Below, piece after piece: positions 19,487 through 30,173 of a DNA stretch of 64,000 nt. Source of the DNA: Candidatus Zambryskiibacteriota bacterium (GTDB lineage: Bacteria > Patescibacteriota > Minisyncoccia > Phycocordibacterales > DATDWN01); the NCBI GenBank assembly GCA_023267045.1, contig JAHFOB010000001.1, forward strand, positions 9,593-73,592, in the 5' to 3' direction. Every line of letters starts with the position of its first letter. Within the stretch, counting starts at the first letter, position 1. The position numbers and the translations under genes were made by a program. The notes beneath the pieces were generated by a model. That model had not been told where the DNA came from and did no database searches. It saw only the letters and a program-made list of their open reading frames with translations.

Positions 19487-20342
19487 TTCACAAAAACTTT
19501 TCCGAGAATATATAGATAAACTTGCTGTAACCACTACCCAGAAAAATGTCCTACATGGAATTATTCTCAAAGATAATTCTCAAGTGCCAGAGTTTCATGA
19601 AGGGAAAATATATTTTGTTGAAAAACCGAGCATCGGGTTTAACGAGGATTCCAACGATGTATTTGTAAACAAGATTAAAATTTTTTTAAAAAAGTTTCCT
19701 GGACTTTTTTTTATTATTTATCATCTTGTAGGAGCATCTTTTGTTGGTAAAAGTTCAAAAAAATCTATACAAGAAATACCAAAAGGCAAAGTCATAATAA
19801 ATCTAGGTTCTGGAGTAACAGTAGTCAGAGAAGATGTTGTAAATATTGATTTTTATCCATTTGAAAATGTTCACATAGTTGCAGACATAAGCAATCTGCC
19901 TTTTGCGGCAGCCCAAGTGGACGCAGTATTGTGTGAATATGTTTTGGAACACGTTCCAGATCCAGAAGCGATTGTAAAAGAGATTGAGAGAGTGACGAAA
20001 CCCGGTGGCACGGTATATGTATCAGTTCCTTTTGTAGCTAGTTTCCATTCCTCACCAAACGACTATTATAGATGGAGTAAAATGGGACTAAAGGAACAAC
20101 TAAAAAATTTTGAAGAAGTTAATTCTGGTGTGCGGTCTGGGCCAGGCGCTGCTCTAGATTATATTTTGGCAGAGTTTGTTGCAACATTATTTTCTTTTGG
20201 TTCTAAAACAATACACCAAGTTCTTTTTATGACATTTTTAATCTTGTTTGCTCCACTTTGTTACCTTGACTATCTTATTGCAAGATATCCAACGAGTGAA
20301 AATATTGCATATGGTTTTTATTATATCGGTCGCAAAAAATAA
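19455..20342 (+). CDS. SAM-dependent methyltransferase (Methyltransf_11-like)
   Basis: Motifs VINLGSG, LEHVPDPE and VKPGGTVYVS. Confidence 0.5.
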   Translation: MFVIFIHMENNSQKLFREYIDKLAVTTTQKNVLHGIILKDNSQVPEFHEGKIYFVEKPSIGFNEDSNDVFVNKIKIFLKKFPGLFFIIYHLVGASFVGKSSKKSIQEIPKGKVIINLGSGVTVVREDVVNIDFYPFENVHIVADISNLPFAAAQVDAVLCEYVLEHVPDPEAIVKEIERVTKPGGTVYVSVPFVASFHSSPNDYYRWSKMGLKEQLKNFEEVNSGVRSGPGAALDYILAEFVATLFSFGSKTIHQVLFMTFLILFAPLCYLDYLIARYPTSENIAYGFYYIGRKK

Positions 20343-20344
20343 TT

Positions 20345-22105
20345 ATGGATAGAATAAAACAACTCATACGGCAACATTGGATAGCTCTATTACTCGCATT
20401 TATCATTGGTGTTTTGGTTGTGAGTCCGACTCTTGTATCTATTAGAAAACTTACCCCAAATACATTTAAGGGTATTTACCCAATGTTCAATGATGATGAG
20501 GATGTGTATTTGACGATGACTCGCGAAGCGTACGACGGACATACCAATCTATCCAATGCATATATAAAGGATTATAAGGCTGGACCATATTTACAACCAC
20601 CGCTTCCAGAGGTAGTTTATTCGGGCATAGCAAAAGTTCTACATGTTTCTGTTGCCACAGAGGCAGTTGTCAATGACTTTTTTACACCGCTTATCTCATT
20701 TCTCATTCTGTATTCTTTAATATGGATGCAAACCAAGTCAAAAAAGATTTCCCTTGCTCTTTCAAGTTTATTTTTTCTATTTTTTCTTGGATCTTTTGGA
20801 AGACCAATAAACCCACAGTTTGGTTTTATCTTTCTTTTGCTAGGATTTCAATGTATTTGGATCATTGCTACTAATACTTTCCCTAAAAAGAAAATAATTC
20901 TTTGGAATCTTGCTCTCGCCGGATGCTTTGGAGTCTTGGTCTACGCCTATCCTTTTTATTGGATGACTCTTGGAGTGGTTTATACAGTCTGGACACTTTC
21001 CATTGCTCTGAAAGAAAAAGAGTGGAGATATTGGCTTACCAACTGGCTATGGTTTTTTATTCCGGCAGGAATATGTACACTACCATTTCTCTATAACGCA
21101 AAACTTCTTGCATCAAGTCCATTTTTTATAGAAGCAAACGAACGGTTTGGATTTCTTGCTACGCATTTTCCCGGTTCTTATTTCCAGATAATTTTAATAA
21201 TACTCTGTTTTCCACTAGCTTTTGCTGTTTGGAAATTGAACCAAAAATATCTTAGTAATATTGTACTTTTCGCTCCAGCACTTATACTTTCTGGAATTAT
21301 TCTTAATTGGCAAAATATTATAACTGGCAAAACTTTGCAGTTTCCTCCGCATTTTTATCCAGTTATGGTCTTGTTTATTTTTCTCATAGCTAGTGTAACT
21401 ATACATACAGTGTGTAGAGAAGGTGTGCGTAGATTATGGAGCATTATCTGTGTAACAACTTTAGTTTTGTTGTGTATCATCATTGGCAACAGACAAAAAG
21501 GAGAAGCTATAGCGGTGATCAGAAATATATATAAACCGGTGGATATAACTAAACTACAAGATATTGGTAGAGTGACACAGTGGCTTAGTCAAAATACTCC
21601 ACCAGATTCAGCGGTCTATGCACTCGGAGAGAACTATTTCTGGGCAATACCAATATATACCAGCGATAATCTGTATTTTGCTCCAAATGCAAGTCTAACA
21701 ATGATGTCGGATTTAGAACTTGAAAACAGATGGGCAATTCAGCATTTCTTTGACGATGAGACAGAAAGTAGGGTGACACAAGCTAGTCGTGAAATATGGG
21801 CCAATAAATTCATTGATTCATATCAAAACAAAGAAGTGCGCAGAAAGATTTTAGAACTTATTACAAGAAAACAATATCCAGAAAATATTCTTATGGATGA
21901 AAGTTATCCAAAAAGAGTATTCCAAATCTACAAAAAAAATAAAGAAATGGGTTTTGAAAAAGCTCTGAAAACTTATTCTGTTGATTATATTCTTTTGGAC
22001 AATAGCGACAAAAGATACACTTCTTTGGAAGAAAAGTTTAATTCTTTTTCTTTTATAAAAGAAGTAGCGCGTTTTGGGGACACGATAATATATAAAATAA
22101 AATAA
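20345..22105 (+). CDS. Large polytopic membrane protein, possibly GT-C-like
   Basis: 586 aa with many TM helices and the acidic loop PMFNDDEDVY. No firm family assignment. Confidence 0.35.
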   Translation: MDRIKQLIRQHWIALLLAFIIGVLVVSPTLVSIRKLTPNTFKGIYPMFNDDEDVYLTMTREAYDGHTNLSNAYIKDYKAGPYLQPPLPEVVYSGIAKVLHVSVATEAVVNDFFTPLISFLILYSLIWMQTKSKKISLALSSLFFLFFLGSFGRPINPQFGFIFLLLGFQCIWIIATNTFPKKKIILWNLALAGCFGVLVYAYPFYWMTLGVVYTVWTLSIALKEKEWRYWLTNWLWFFIPAGICTLPFLYNAKLLASSPFFIEANERFGFLATHFPGSYFQIILIILCFPLAFAVWKLNQKYLSNIVLFAPALILSGIILNWQNIITGKTLQFPPHFYPVMVLFIFLIASVTIHTVCREGVRRLWSIICVTTLVLLCIIIGNRQKGEAIAVIRNIYKPVDITKLQDIGRVTQWLSQNTPPDSAVYALGENYFWAIPIYTSDNLYFAPNASLTMMSDLELENRWAIQHFFDDETESRVTQASREIWANKFIDSYQNKEVRRKILELITRKQYPENILMDESYPKRVFQIYKKNKEMGFEKALKTYSVDYILLDNSDKRYTSLEEKFNSFSFIKEVARFGDTIIYKIK

Positions 22106-22704
22106 TAAAAAAGTGCCCAGCTACTAGCGAATAGCTGGGCACTCAGGAAATACGCTCCAAATGTTGCGATCGTGATCACAACACTTGCGATTAAAACCAC
22201 CTTCTCAAATGGTTTGAGATGGAAAAGTTCTCCAGCGCTATATCTGTAGTCCTCTATGCCCATGACCTCACCGAGCTTGAGCTTTGTGAAGTACGGGTAG
22301 ATTGGCCAGATGCAACTGTTATCCGTCGAGTTCCAGATCGGATCACAGTGCGTCAGGCAGTCTATGAATGTGTGCAGGATCATCCCGAGCGAAAGGGCGA
22401 CAAAGAAGGTTCCGATCGGCTCCGATTGATACTGAAGACCGATGAGTAGTAGTAGCTCTATAACAAACGAATGACTGGTCTCCTTTGTCAGAAGAAAGAA
22501 CGGCTGGTTTTCTCCTCCTGAAAAGACTGGACGTTTGTAATAAAACTTATCCAACGCCCACTGTCCAAATGTTGGAATATCTGGCGTGACGTTGCCCATG
22601 ACAGTTCCAGCAAGGGCGCATTGTCCCAAGACTGGGTCATGTGAGGCCAGTAAAACTGCTCCGCCGATCGCTGTTCCCATAACCAAGTGCGTGTATGTTT
22701 GCAA
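21985..22704 (-). CDS. Membrane-bound metal-dependent hydrolase-like protein (DUF457/YdjM-like). GC-rich and SD-bearing, so likely horizontally acquired.
   Basis: MQTYTHLVMGTAIGG N-terminus and His-rich TM segments. TTG start preceded by AAAGGAGG. The 22140-22700 segment is about 50% GC against a ~33% background. The 3' end of the ORF, as drawn by the track, runs through the terminator hairpin and overlaps the upstream gene, so the true C-terminus is uncertain. Confidence 0.45.
   Translation of the reverse strand: MQTYTHLVMGTAIGGAVLLASHDPVLGQCALAGTVMGNVTPDIPTFGQWALDKFYYKRPVFSGGENQPFFLLTKETSHSFVIELLLLIGLQYQSEPIGTFFVALSLGMILHTFIDCLTHCDPIWNSTDNSCIWPIYPYFTKLKLGEVMGIEDYRYSAGELFHLKPFEKVVLIASVVITIATFGAYFLSAQLFASSWALFYYFILYIIVSPKRATSFIKEKELNFSSKEVYLLSLLSKRI
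22112..22143. terminator. Bidirectional rho-independent terminator hairpin between convergent genes
   Basis: GTGCCCAGCTA-ctagcgaa-TAGCTGGGCAC, a perfect 11-bp stem, with an A-run upstream and a T-run on the opposite strand. Confidence 0.5.
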
Positions 22705-22809
22705 GGCGTCCTCCTTTGTACATTATACTACCTTATACTAAATTTGTCAACAAAAAAAATAGGAAATATTCTCGTATTTAAGGTAAACTAAAGTTAATAA
22801 CTTAACAAC

Positions 22810-23937
22810 ATGAAGGGGAAATTAGTCTATATTTCAAATAGCAGAATGCCGACCCAACTTGCACACGGACTTCAGGTTATGAGTATGTGTAGGGCTTTTA
22901 CTCAAAACGGACTCCAAGTAGAGCTTTTAGTGCCTAGGCGAGTAAACAGGATTAGAGAAGCCCCTTTTTCTTATTATGGAATAGAGAAAAATTTTTCCAT
23001 AAAGAAAATCTTGTGTCTTGATCTTATTTTTCTAAACAACAGAAGTATTTTCTTTTGGATACAAACTTTGTCTTTTCTTCTTTCAGTAAAAAGTTATCTT
23101 GCCTCTAAAAAGTACGATATTTTATATACTCGCGAACAGATGGTAGGACTTTTTTTTAAAAATTTTGTATTGGAAATCCATTCTTTGCCTAAAAAAACAA
23201 GAAAATTTCATAAAAAGATTTGGGAAAAAGCCAAAGCTTTGGTTGTCTTGACACCTTTTATAAAACAAAATTTAGTTGATCTGGGAATTCCAAAAGAAAA
23301 AATAATAGTTTCTCCTGACGGAGTAGATCTAGAGCTTTTTGACATTTCAGTCTCAAAGGAAGAGGCTAGAGAAAAAACTTCTCTTCCTCAAAATAAAAAA
23401 TTAATTGGTTACGTTGGAATGTTGCGTACTCTTGGTATGGAAAAGGGAATTGATACGGCAATTTTGGCTATGAAAAGATTGGATGAAAATACCAGTCTAA
23501 TTTTGGTCGGTGGTAGTCTAGATGATATCAATTATTACAAAAAAATGGCAATGGATAAAGGTTTAGAAAATAGAGTTATTTTTACTGGGAGGGTCTCACA
23601 CCAGGAAATTCCAATTTATCTCAAAGCTTTTGATATTCTGATTGCACCTTTTCCAGAAAACCAGCATTATAGCTACTATATGTCACCAATGAAGATATTT
23701 GAATACATGGCCTCTAAAAGGCCTATAATAACGACTTCTCTACCCAGTTTGGTGGACATATTAGGGAGTGGAAAAGCTCTCCTAATCGCCCCAGGGAGCT
23801 CCGAGGGGCTTTCTTCTGGCATAGAGAGTCTCCTAGAGTTAGGTCAAAAAGAGGTCTATTCTACAGAAGCTTTCGAAGCAGTAAAAGGTTATACATGGCA
23901 AGAAAGAGCAAGGAAAATTCTAGAATCAATAAAATGA
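22810..23937 (+). CDS. Glycosyltransferase family 4
   Basis: GT-B layout; the C-terminal domain carries FEYMASKRPIITT. Confidence 0.65.
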   Translation: MKGKLVYISNSRMPTQLAHGLQVMSMCRAFTQNGLQVELLVPRRVNRIREAPFSYYGIEKNFSIKKILCLDLIFLNNRSIFFWIQTLSFLLSVKSYLASKKYDILYTREQMVGLFFKNFVLEIHSLPKKTRKFHKKIWEKAKALVVLTPFIKQNLVDLGIPKEKIIVSPDGVDLELFDISVSKEEAREKTSLPQNKKLIGYVGMLRTLGMEKGIDTAILAMKRLDENTSLILVGGSLDDINYYKKMAMDKGLENRVIFTGRVSHQEIPIYLKAFDILIAPFPENQHYSYYMSPMKIFEYMASKRPIITTSLPSLVDILGSGKALLIAPGSSEGLSSGIESLLELGQKEVYSTEAFEAVKGYTWQERARKILESIK

Positions 23938-24887
23938 GAACATTAATCATAAAAAGTGTCAAAAAGGCGGTAGTTGCTACAGCCTATAATTCTGGTCTAG
24001 CCAAGCTTTTTGGTAGCATACACTCATCTAAACTTTTTTGTGTTGGTTATCATAGTGTATGGAGTGATAAAAATAAAAAAGAATTACACAGAGAACTTTA
24101 CTCAAATATTTCTATAAAAGTTGAAGATTTTGAAGAGCAGATACTTTTTATGAAAAAAAATAATCATACTTTTATAAACTTTTCAGATTTAAGTGACCCA
24201 AATACAAAAAAATTAAAAAAAGCCACAATTATATTTTTTGATGATGGGTTTAAAGATATACTTGTTAACGCTCTTCCTATTTTACAAAAACACAATATTC
24301 CAGCTACTGTTTTTGTAACAACAGGTCTTATTGAGCGCACTCATTTTCTCTGGACATTAAAAGTTCGTCATATAATGTCTAGGAGTGGTCTAAAGAACTT
24401 TGAAGTCGAGAAAAAAATATTGGAGTTAAAAAAGATGTCAATGGCGGAAAGGGACAAAAAGATAAAAGATTTAGAAAAAGAATATGCTTTACAAATTCAA
24501 CCTGAAAAACTCGGCATTTTTCTAGACTGGAATGAAGTTAATGATTTAAAAAATGGGGGATTTGAAATTGGATCACACGGAGTAAAACATGAAAAACTCA
24601 TAGAATTATCAGGCAATGAACTTCTGGCTGAACTTTCAGAATCAAAAAAAATATTAGAAGAAAAAATTGGTCAACCTGTCTTTACAGTTTCTTATCCTTA
24701 CGGTCGTTATAATATAGGTGTAGAAAAAGCTGCACAGTCAACAGGATATTTTTATGGTATGACGACCGAAAGTGGTTGGAATAAAATTGATGATGTTTTA
24801 AATGATCCTTATAAAATGAAAAGAATTGAACCAAATTCAGGAGATAAACTAACTAGTTTTGCTGTAAAACTTTATATGAATATCTAA
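23895..24887 (+). CDS. Polysaccharide deacetylase (NodB homology domain)
   Basis: TIIFFDDGFKD and HGVKHE motifs of carbohydrate esterase family 4. Confidence 0.65.
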   Translation: MARKSKENSRINKMRTLIIKSVKKAVVATAYNSGLAKLFGSIHSSKLFCVGYHSVWSDKNKKELHRELYSNISIKVEDFEEQILFMKKNNHTFINFSDLSDPNTKKLKKATIIFFDDGFKDILVNALPILQKHNIPATVFVTTGLIERTHFLWTLKVRHIMSRSGLKNFEVEKKILELKKMSMAERDKKIKDLEKEYALQIQPEKLGIFLDWNEVNDLKNGGFEIGSHGVKHEKLIELSGNELLAELSESKKILEEKIGQPVFTVSYPYGRYNIGVEKAAQSTGYFYGMTTESGWNKIDDVLNDPYKMKRIEPNSGDKLTSFAVKLYMNI

Positions 24888-24888
24888 T

Positions 24889-25638
24889 ATGTTAATTACA
24901 CAAAATAAATTATGGTTTAAAAAAGCAATTGTTTTACTTGATGATTCTCTGGTGAAAGAGGTCGTGGCAAGTAAAATATATTCAGCGATTGATATTTTGT
25001 CTTATAAAAAAATGTTGCTTGTTGGTTTTCGAGTGAAAGAAAAAACTATTGCATTAATTGATCTTATGAGAGAGGAGCAGAATATTTTTGATTCATTCGG
25101 AGAAACAACGCGAAAGCACATACGTAGAACACAGAATAATCCAGACTTGAGATTTGATTCTATAGCGATACCAACAGATGAATGGTACGAGTTATTTAAG
25201 AAGTTTGAATATTCTCAAAACAGAGTGCCAATGCCTCGAAAGGATTTCAAAAGTTTTCGTTTGTTTGCTGCCTACTATAAAGACAGCCCCATTTCTGGTG
25301 TATCTGTTATTGAAAGTGGACATTACATTCGTACAATAACTATTTTTTCAAAACGACTTGATATCGAAGATAAAAAATTATATAAACTTACCGCTTGGAG
25401 TACAAGGCGAATCATGTGGGAGATTTGTTTATGGGGCAAGAAAGAAGGTTTTACATCTTTTGACCTTGGATCAGTCAATCTCGTAGACCCAAAGAAAGCT
25501 GGGATATCTGATTTTAAACTATCTTTTGGAGGTGGTACAATGCCAGAATATACACATATATATAAAAGTAATACCTTCGCTTTTTTTGAGAAACTAGCTA
25601 TGCTAAAAAATCAGATAAAAAAAATAATTAAGCTCTAA
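24889..25638 (+). CDS. FemAB-like / GNAT-fold acyl- or aminoacyl-transferase
   Basis: Weak resemblance to the FemAB/GNAT fold (FDLGSVNLVDPKKAGISDFKLSFGG). Assigned from context. Confidence 0.3.
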   Translation: MLITQNKLWFKKAIVLLDDSLVKEVVASKIYSAIDILSYKKMLLVGFRVKEKTIALIDLMREEQNIFDSFGETTRKHIRRTQNNPDLRFDSIAIPTDEWYELFKKFEYSQNRVPMPRKDFKSFRLFAAYYKDSPISGVSVIESGHYIRTITIFSKRLDIEDKKLYKLTAWSTRRIMWEICLWGKKEGFTSFDLGSVNLVDPKKAGISDFKLSFGGGTMPEYTHIYKSNTFAFFEKLAMLKNQIKKIIKL

Positions 25639-25645
25639 TACAATC

Positions 25646-27325
25646 TTGATGGAAATATATATTGAAAAAGCAAAGATTTTTTTGAAAACAAATAAAATAG
25701 AAATACTCGTCTTTCTGCTATTTCTTGGTGTTACTATTCTCGCGCTTTTGTATTCGTTCACACTGCCGTTCACTATTCATGGTGATACATACGTTAGTCT
25801 TCTTGGAAATAAAGTAGCTACCGACCCTACGTATCCCGACAGAGCATTTCTCCTTAACCTCGATTTCAAACCATATCTCTACACAAATCTTCTTTCTATC
25901 ACGACAAATCATTTTTCTCTCTATACTGGCAAACTCATCATCTTCTTCTTTGCTGTGTTTGGTATTGGGTATGGCGCATATATAGGTTTTAGAATGTTGC
26001 GATTTCCTAGAAGCGTCGCTATTTTAACTGCACTTGTGGCTTTGATGCCGAGAGGTGAGATATCTGGTGGTATTTTTGCTGCAATCACTCCTGACGATGT
26101 GCTCGGTAGTGCTTTGGCCATTCCAATAATGTGGCTTGTGCTTAGCTGGTTTCTACAAAGAAGATTTGAAAAAAAATCACTTTGGCCAGTTATGCTTGTA
26201 TCTGGTCTTTCGACATACATGCACCCTGTCAGTCTCATATTTTTTAACTGTGTTCTTTTTCTCACTATATTGTACTGGGCAATTATTGATAAAAATTACA
26301 AAAAAGATCTAAAAGACTTTTTTTGGAGTATCGTCTCTTTTTCTCTAGGAGCTTCTTTTTTATTGATAAAGATTTTTACTGTTTCTAGGGGTGTAAGTCT
26401 AACTAAATCTGGATTTGCAACGGCTTCGGCTCATGAATATGTGACTGCCCTTTTATATAGAATAGGATTTGATTTTTTTCCAACAAGCGCCTCATACATA
26501 GTTCAATTTTCTATTATCAACGTTTTGTTCTGGGTTGCAGTTGTGTATGTGTATTACAATATTCGCAAAGGGAAAATTGTGAAAGGGAGTTTGTTACACT
26601 TTATATCCAATTTTAGTTTCTTTGTTATTATTGTTTCTGTTTTTCTTTCTTTCTCTCTTCCGGCTTTACAGCTTTGGCTTGTACAAAAGTTTGATTTTCC
26701 GTATATACTCCAGCAAACAAGTCGTTTTTTCAGGTACTATTATCTTGGGATTTTCCTTTTATGGGGAGTTGCAGTCACTGTGTTTCTTGAGCAGTATAAA
26801 GAAAAAAGAAAAATTCTTTTTACCATTTTACTTATTTTAGGCATCGTTAGCTCCACATTTTTCTTTGAAGTATTTCAGTTTTCTGTTGGATACTATGGAT
26901 ATCAAAGAGAGTACATTCCGGCCTTCCTCCAGAAAGCAAAGGATGTTTATTCTGACGGCACAAAAGTTTATCCGGCTTTGTGTGATCAGATTACACAATC
27001 AGGCATCACCAGAAACGATCTTATTTTATATGATGATTTTACACTGCGTTATTGGTGTGAGAGCCGACTGTATACAACGTTTGAAGAAGGTACCATTTAC
27101 TTGCTTTCAGGTAAAAACCAGCTTGTGTGGTGGTATAAAACTTATCTAGAGCAAGAACATGCGTTACATTTTGGTGATGTCGCCGAATTAACAGCTTTTG
27201 CCAAAAAGGTCGGGGCACGCTATGCTTTCCTCAATATTGATTCACCGATTATTTCTACACTTGAAAAGAAGGGTGAAGTAGTCTCCAAAGGTTCTCGATT
27301 CGATATTATACGATTCAAACAATAA
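25646..27325 (+). CDS. Polytopic membrane protein with C-terminal soluble domain (GT-C-like candidate)
   Basis: About twelve TM helices, then a ~170-aa soluble domain. No firm motif. Confidence 0.35.
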   Translation: MMEIYIEKAKIFLKTNKIEILVFLLFLGVTILALLYSFTLPFTIHGDTYVSLLGNKVATDPTYPDRAFLLNLDFKPYLYTNLLSITTNHFSLYTGKLIIFFFAVFGIGYGAYIGFRMLRFPRSVAILTALVALMPRGEISGGIFAAITPDDVLGSALAIPIMWLVLSWFLQRRFEKKSLWPVMLVSGLSTYMHPVSLIFFNCVLFLTILYWAIIDKNYKKDLKDFFWSIVSFSLGASFLLIKIFTVSRGVSLTKSGFATASAHEYVTALLYRIGFDFFPTSASYIVQFSIINVLFWVAVVYVYYNIRKGKIVKGSLLHFISNFSFFVIIVSVFLSFSLPALQLWLVQKFDFPYILQQTSRFFRYYYLGIFLLWGVAVTVFLEQYKEKRKILFTILLILGIVSSTFFFEVFQFSVGYYGYQREYIPAFLQKAKDVYSDGTKVYPALCDQITQSGITRNDLILYDDFTLRYWCESRLYTTFEEGTIYLLSGKNQLVWWYKTYLEQEHALHFGDVAELTAFAKKVGARYAFLNIDSPIISTLEKKGEVVSKGSRFDIIRFKQ

Positions 27326-27329
27326 AGTT

Positions 27330-28271
27330 ATGAAAATTTCCGTTATCCTGCCGGTCTATAATGAAGAGAAAAGCATTCCTACTTTGCACGAGGAGCTAAA
27401 AGAGGTTTTTCTTGGTCTCCAAAAAGAATACGAGGTTATTTGGGTCAACGATGCGTCAGAAGACGGAAGTCTGGAAGTTTTAAAGGAGCTTGCTTTTAGA
27501 GATAGACGTATCAAAGTCATAAACTTTAGATTTAATTCCGGACAAACAGCTGCGATGTCTGCGGGCATAAAACATGCAACAGGTGAAATTATAATTCCAA
27601 TGGACTCAGATTTACAAAATGACCCCAAGGATATCCCCAGATTTCTAGATAAGTTGGATCAAGGTTTTGATGTAGTTTCCGGCTGGAGAAAAAATAGAAA
27701 AGATTTTGTTCTAAGCAGACGTCTCCCATCAGTTTTAGCAAACGGACTTATTCGTTATATAACAGGGGTTAAGATTCATGATTATGGTTGTTCAATGAAA
27801 GCTTACAAGAGTGATATAATAAAAGACGTTATTTTGTATGGTGAGATGCATAGATTTATTCCAGCTTACACGGCTTGGCATGGAGGAAAAATAACAGAAA
27901 TCGTTGTTAATCATCGTCCTAGAAAATTTGGCAAAACTAATTACGGTATTGGGAGGACTTTTAATGTAATCCTTGATCTAATTGTTGTGAAGTTTCTTTC
28001 TAAATATATGGACAAGCCTATGCACTTTTTTGGTGGGATAGGATTTTTATCTTTGGGTTTGGGAATTTTTTCAGGTCTATGGTCTGTTTTTCTTAAAATA
28101 GTGCATTTAAGAGATTTTGTTACTACACCACTTCCTGTATTTTCAGCACTGTTTATTATTGTTGGGGTGGTCTTAATTACTATGGGAGTGATAGCTGAAA
28201 TGATTATGCGTGTTTACTACGAGTCACAAAATAAAACTCCTTATCAAGTGCGCGAAACTATTAACTTTTAG
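27330..28271 (+). CDS. GT2 polyprenyl-phosphate sugar synthase (DPM1/GtrB/ArnC-like) with C-terminal TM helices
   Basis: ISVILPVYNE, NDASEDGS, PMDSDLQND (DxD), and two C-terminal TM helices. Confidence 0.7.
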   Translation: MKISVILPVYNEEKSIPTLHEELKEVFLGLQKEYEVIWVNDASEDGSLEVLKELAFRDRRIKVINFRFNSGQTAAMSAGIKHATGEIIIPMDSDLQNDPKDIPRFLDKLDQGFDVVSGWRKNRKDFVLSRRLPSVLANGLIRYITGVKIHDYGCSMKAYKSDIIKDVILYGEMHRFIPAYTAWHGGKITEIVVNHRPRKFGKTNYGIGRTFNVILDLIVVKFLSKYMDKPMHFFGGIGFLSLGLGIFSGLWSVFLKIVHLRDFVTTPLPVFSALFIIVGVVLITMGVIAEMIMRVYYESQNKTPYQVRETINF

Positions 28272-28292
28272 AACCTATATTAAAAACATACT

Positions 28293-30173
28293 ATGTGTGG
28301 AATAGCAGGATATTGGGGAAAAGGAGATGAGCAAGTCCTAGACAGTATGATAGATGCTATTTCTTATCGTGGACCAGATGATAAAGGTTTGTTCGTAAAA
28401 GGAAATATGGGTCTGGCTCAAAGAAGACTTTCTATTATAGACCTGACTTCTGCAGGTCATCAGCCGATGTCAAACGAAGACAAGACAGTTCAAATTATTT
28501 TTAACGGAGAAATATATAATTATAAAGAACTCAAAACATCACTAAAACAAAAACATACCTTTAAAAGTAGTACTGATACAGAAGTTATTCTTCGTCTATA
28601 TGAAGAATATGGAGAAGAAGTTTTTTCTAAAATTCAAGGAATGTTTGCTATTGCTTTGTTTGATTCAAAAAATAACAAACTTTTTTTAGCTAGAGATAGA
28701 ATGGGTAAAAAACCATTATATTGGTATAAAAATGATAAAGTTTTTCTTTTCGGTTCAGAATTAAAAGCACTCATGAAGCACCCATCTTTTGAAAAAGAAA
28801 TTGATTTAGTTTCACTCAATAAATATTTAACATATGAATATGTACCAACTCCGCATTCAATTTTTAAAAATACATATAAATTAGAACCAGGAACGTATCT
28901 GACTTGGGATGGAAAAGAAACTCTGAAAAAGGTTTTTTGGGAGCCAAAGTTTCTACCAAAGTCTGACTCTTTCGAACAGTCTCTGGAGTCTCTAGATAAG
29001 GCCCTAGAGCAGTCTGTCGAGGACAGGCTAGTTTCCGACGTTCCTATAGGTGTTTTCCTCTCTGGGGGAATAGACAGCAGTACGGTGGCTTACTATGCTT
29101 CTAGGGCACAAAAGAACAAGCCAGAAGGCAAAATAAAGACCTTTTCCATAGGATTTAAGGAAACCTCCTTTGACGAGTCTTCCTACGCAAAGCAAGTAAG
29201 TAAACACCTGGGTACAGAACATTATGAGAAAATACTAACAAGTGAAGACAGTCTTTCTCTCGTGCCAAAAATAGGGGAAATACTTGATGAGCCAATGGCG
29301 GATTCATCTCTTATCCCGACATACCTTTTGTCTAAGTTTACCAAAGAAAATGTTACAGTGGCGCTCGGTGGTGACGGGGGAGATGAACTTTTTCTCGGCT
29401 ACGATACGTTTCTTGCACATCGACTTGCTTCTCTGTATGAAAAAGTGCCACGTGTAATTCGTACGAAAATTATACAGCCACTAGTAAAACTACTTCCCAC
29501 ATCGTTTGTAAATATGAGTTTGGACTTTAAAATCAAAAAGTTTGTAGAAGATTTTGAAGGTAATAAAAATTATCGTAACGATCGATGGCTCGGAGCTTTT
29601 AGTCATATAGATAGAGCAAATCTTTTCAAAAAAGAAATATCTGAAAAGCTCAAGAGTAAAAATGAGTTTGATGATATTGATACGTATCTCTCCCATCTAG
29701 ATTCACAGGATTTCTTTGATCAAGTCACCCTACTTCACCAGAGGATGTATATGATGGACCAGGTTTTGGTAAAGGTTGACCGGGCCAGTATGGCGAACTC
29801 TCTGGAGGTTCGTGCGCCGTTTCTCGATACTCGAGTGGTTGATTTGGCGAACCATATGCCGATAGAGTTCAAACTAAGAGGTCTAGAGCGGAAATATATT
29901 TTGAAAAAGCTTATGGGGGGTAAGTTGCCTGATAATATTGTCTACAGAAAGAAAAAAGGCTTTGGAGTACCCATAGCGGAATGGATTCGTGGGGGTTTGA
30001 AACCTGTCATACTCGATTTTTTAGGTAGAGAATCGGTAGAAAAAATGGGGTTGTTTAATTATGATTATATTGAAAAAATATTAGACGAACATTTCTCTGG
30101 CAAAAAAGATAATCGGAAACAAATCTGGACTCTTTTTGTCTTTGCAATATGGCACAGAAAATGGTTACAATAG
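28293..30173 (+). CDS. asnB: Asparagine synthase (glutamine-hydrolysing)-family amidotransferase, WbpS/AsnB-like
   Basis: MCGIAGYWG N-terminal nucleophile-Cys glutaminase start and the SGGIDSS PP-loop. Its position inside a glycan locus suggests sugar amidation. Confidence 0.8.
   Translation: MCGIAGYWGKGDEQVLDSMIDAISYRGPDDKGLFVKGNMGLAQRRLSIIDLTSAGHQPMSNEDKTVQIIFNGEIYNYKELKTSLKQKHTFKSSTDTEVILRLYEEYGEEVFSKIQGMFAIALFDSKNNKLFLARDRMGKKPLYWYKNDKVFLFGSELKALMKHPSFEKEIDLVSLNKYLTYEYVPTPHSIFKNTYKLEPGTYLTWDGKETLKKVFWEPKFLPKSDSFEQSLESLDKALEQSVEDRLVSDVPIGVFLSGGIDSSTVAYYASRAQKNKPEGKIKTFSIGFKETSFDESSYAKQVSKHLGTEHYEKILTSEDSLSLVPKIGEILDEPMADSSLIPTYLLSKFTKENVTVALGGDGGDELFLGYDTFLAHRLASLYEKVPRVIRTKIIQPLVKLLPTSFVNMSLDFKIKKFVEDFEGNKNYRNDRWLGAFSHIDRANLFKKEISEKLKSKNEFDDIDTYLSHLDSQDFFDQVTLLHQRMYMMDQVLVKVDRASMANSLEVRAPFLDTRVVDLANHMPIEFKLRGLERKYILKKLMGGKLPDNIVYRKKKGFGVPIAEWIRGGLKPVILDFLGRESVEKMGLFNYDYIEKILDEHFSGKKDNRKQIWTLFVFAIWHRKWLQ

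Noticed and set aside
21985-22140. True C-terminus of the DUF457-like gene extending 120 nt into the upstream convergent gene
   Set aside because: The ORF is formally open to 21985, but it runs through the terminator hairpin into AT-rich sequence of the neighbouring gene. The functional protein probably corresponds to the GC-rich portion, so I kept the coordinates but flagged the uncertainty.
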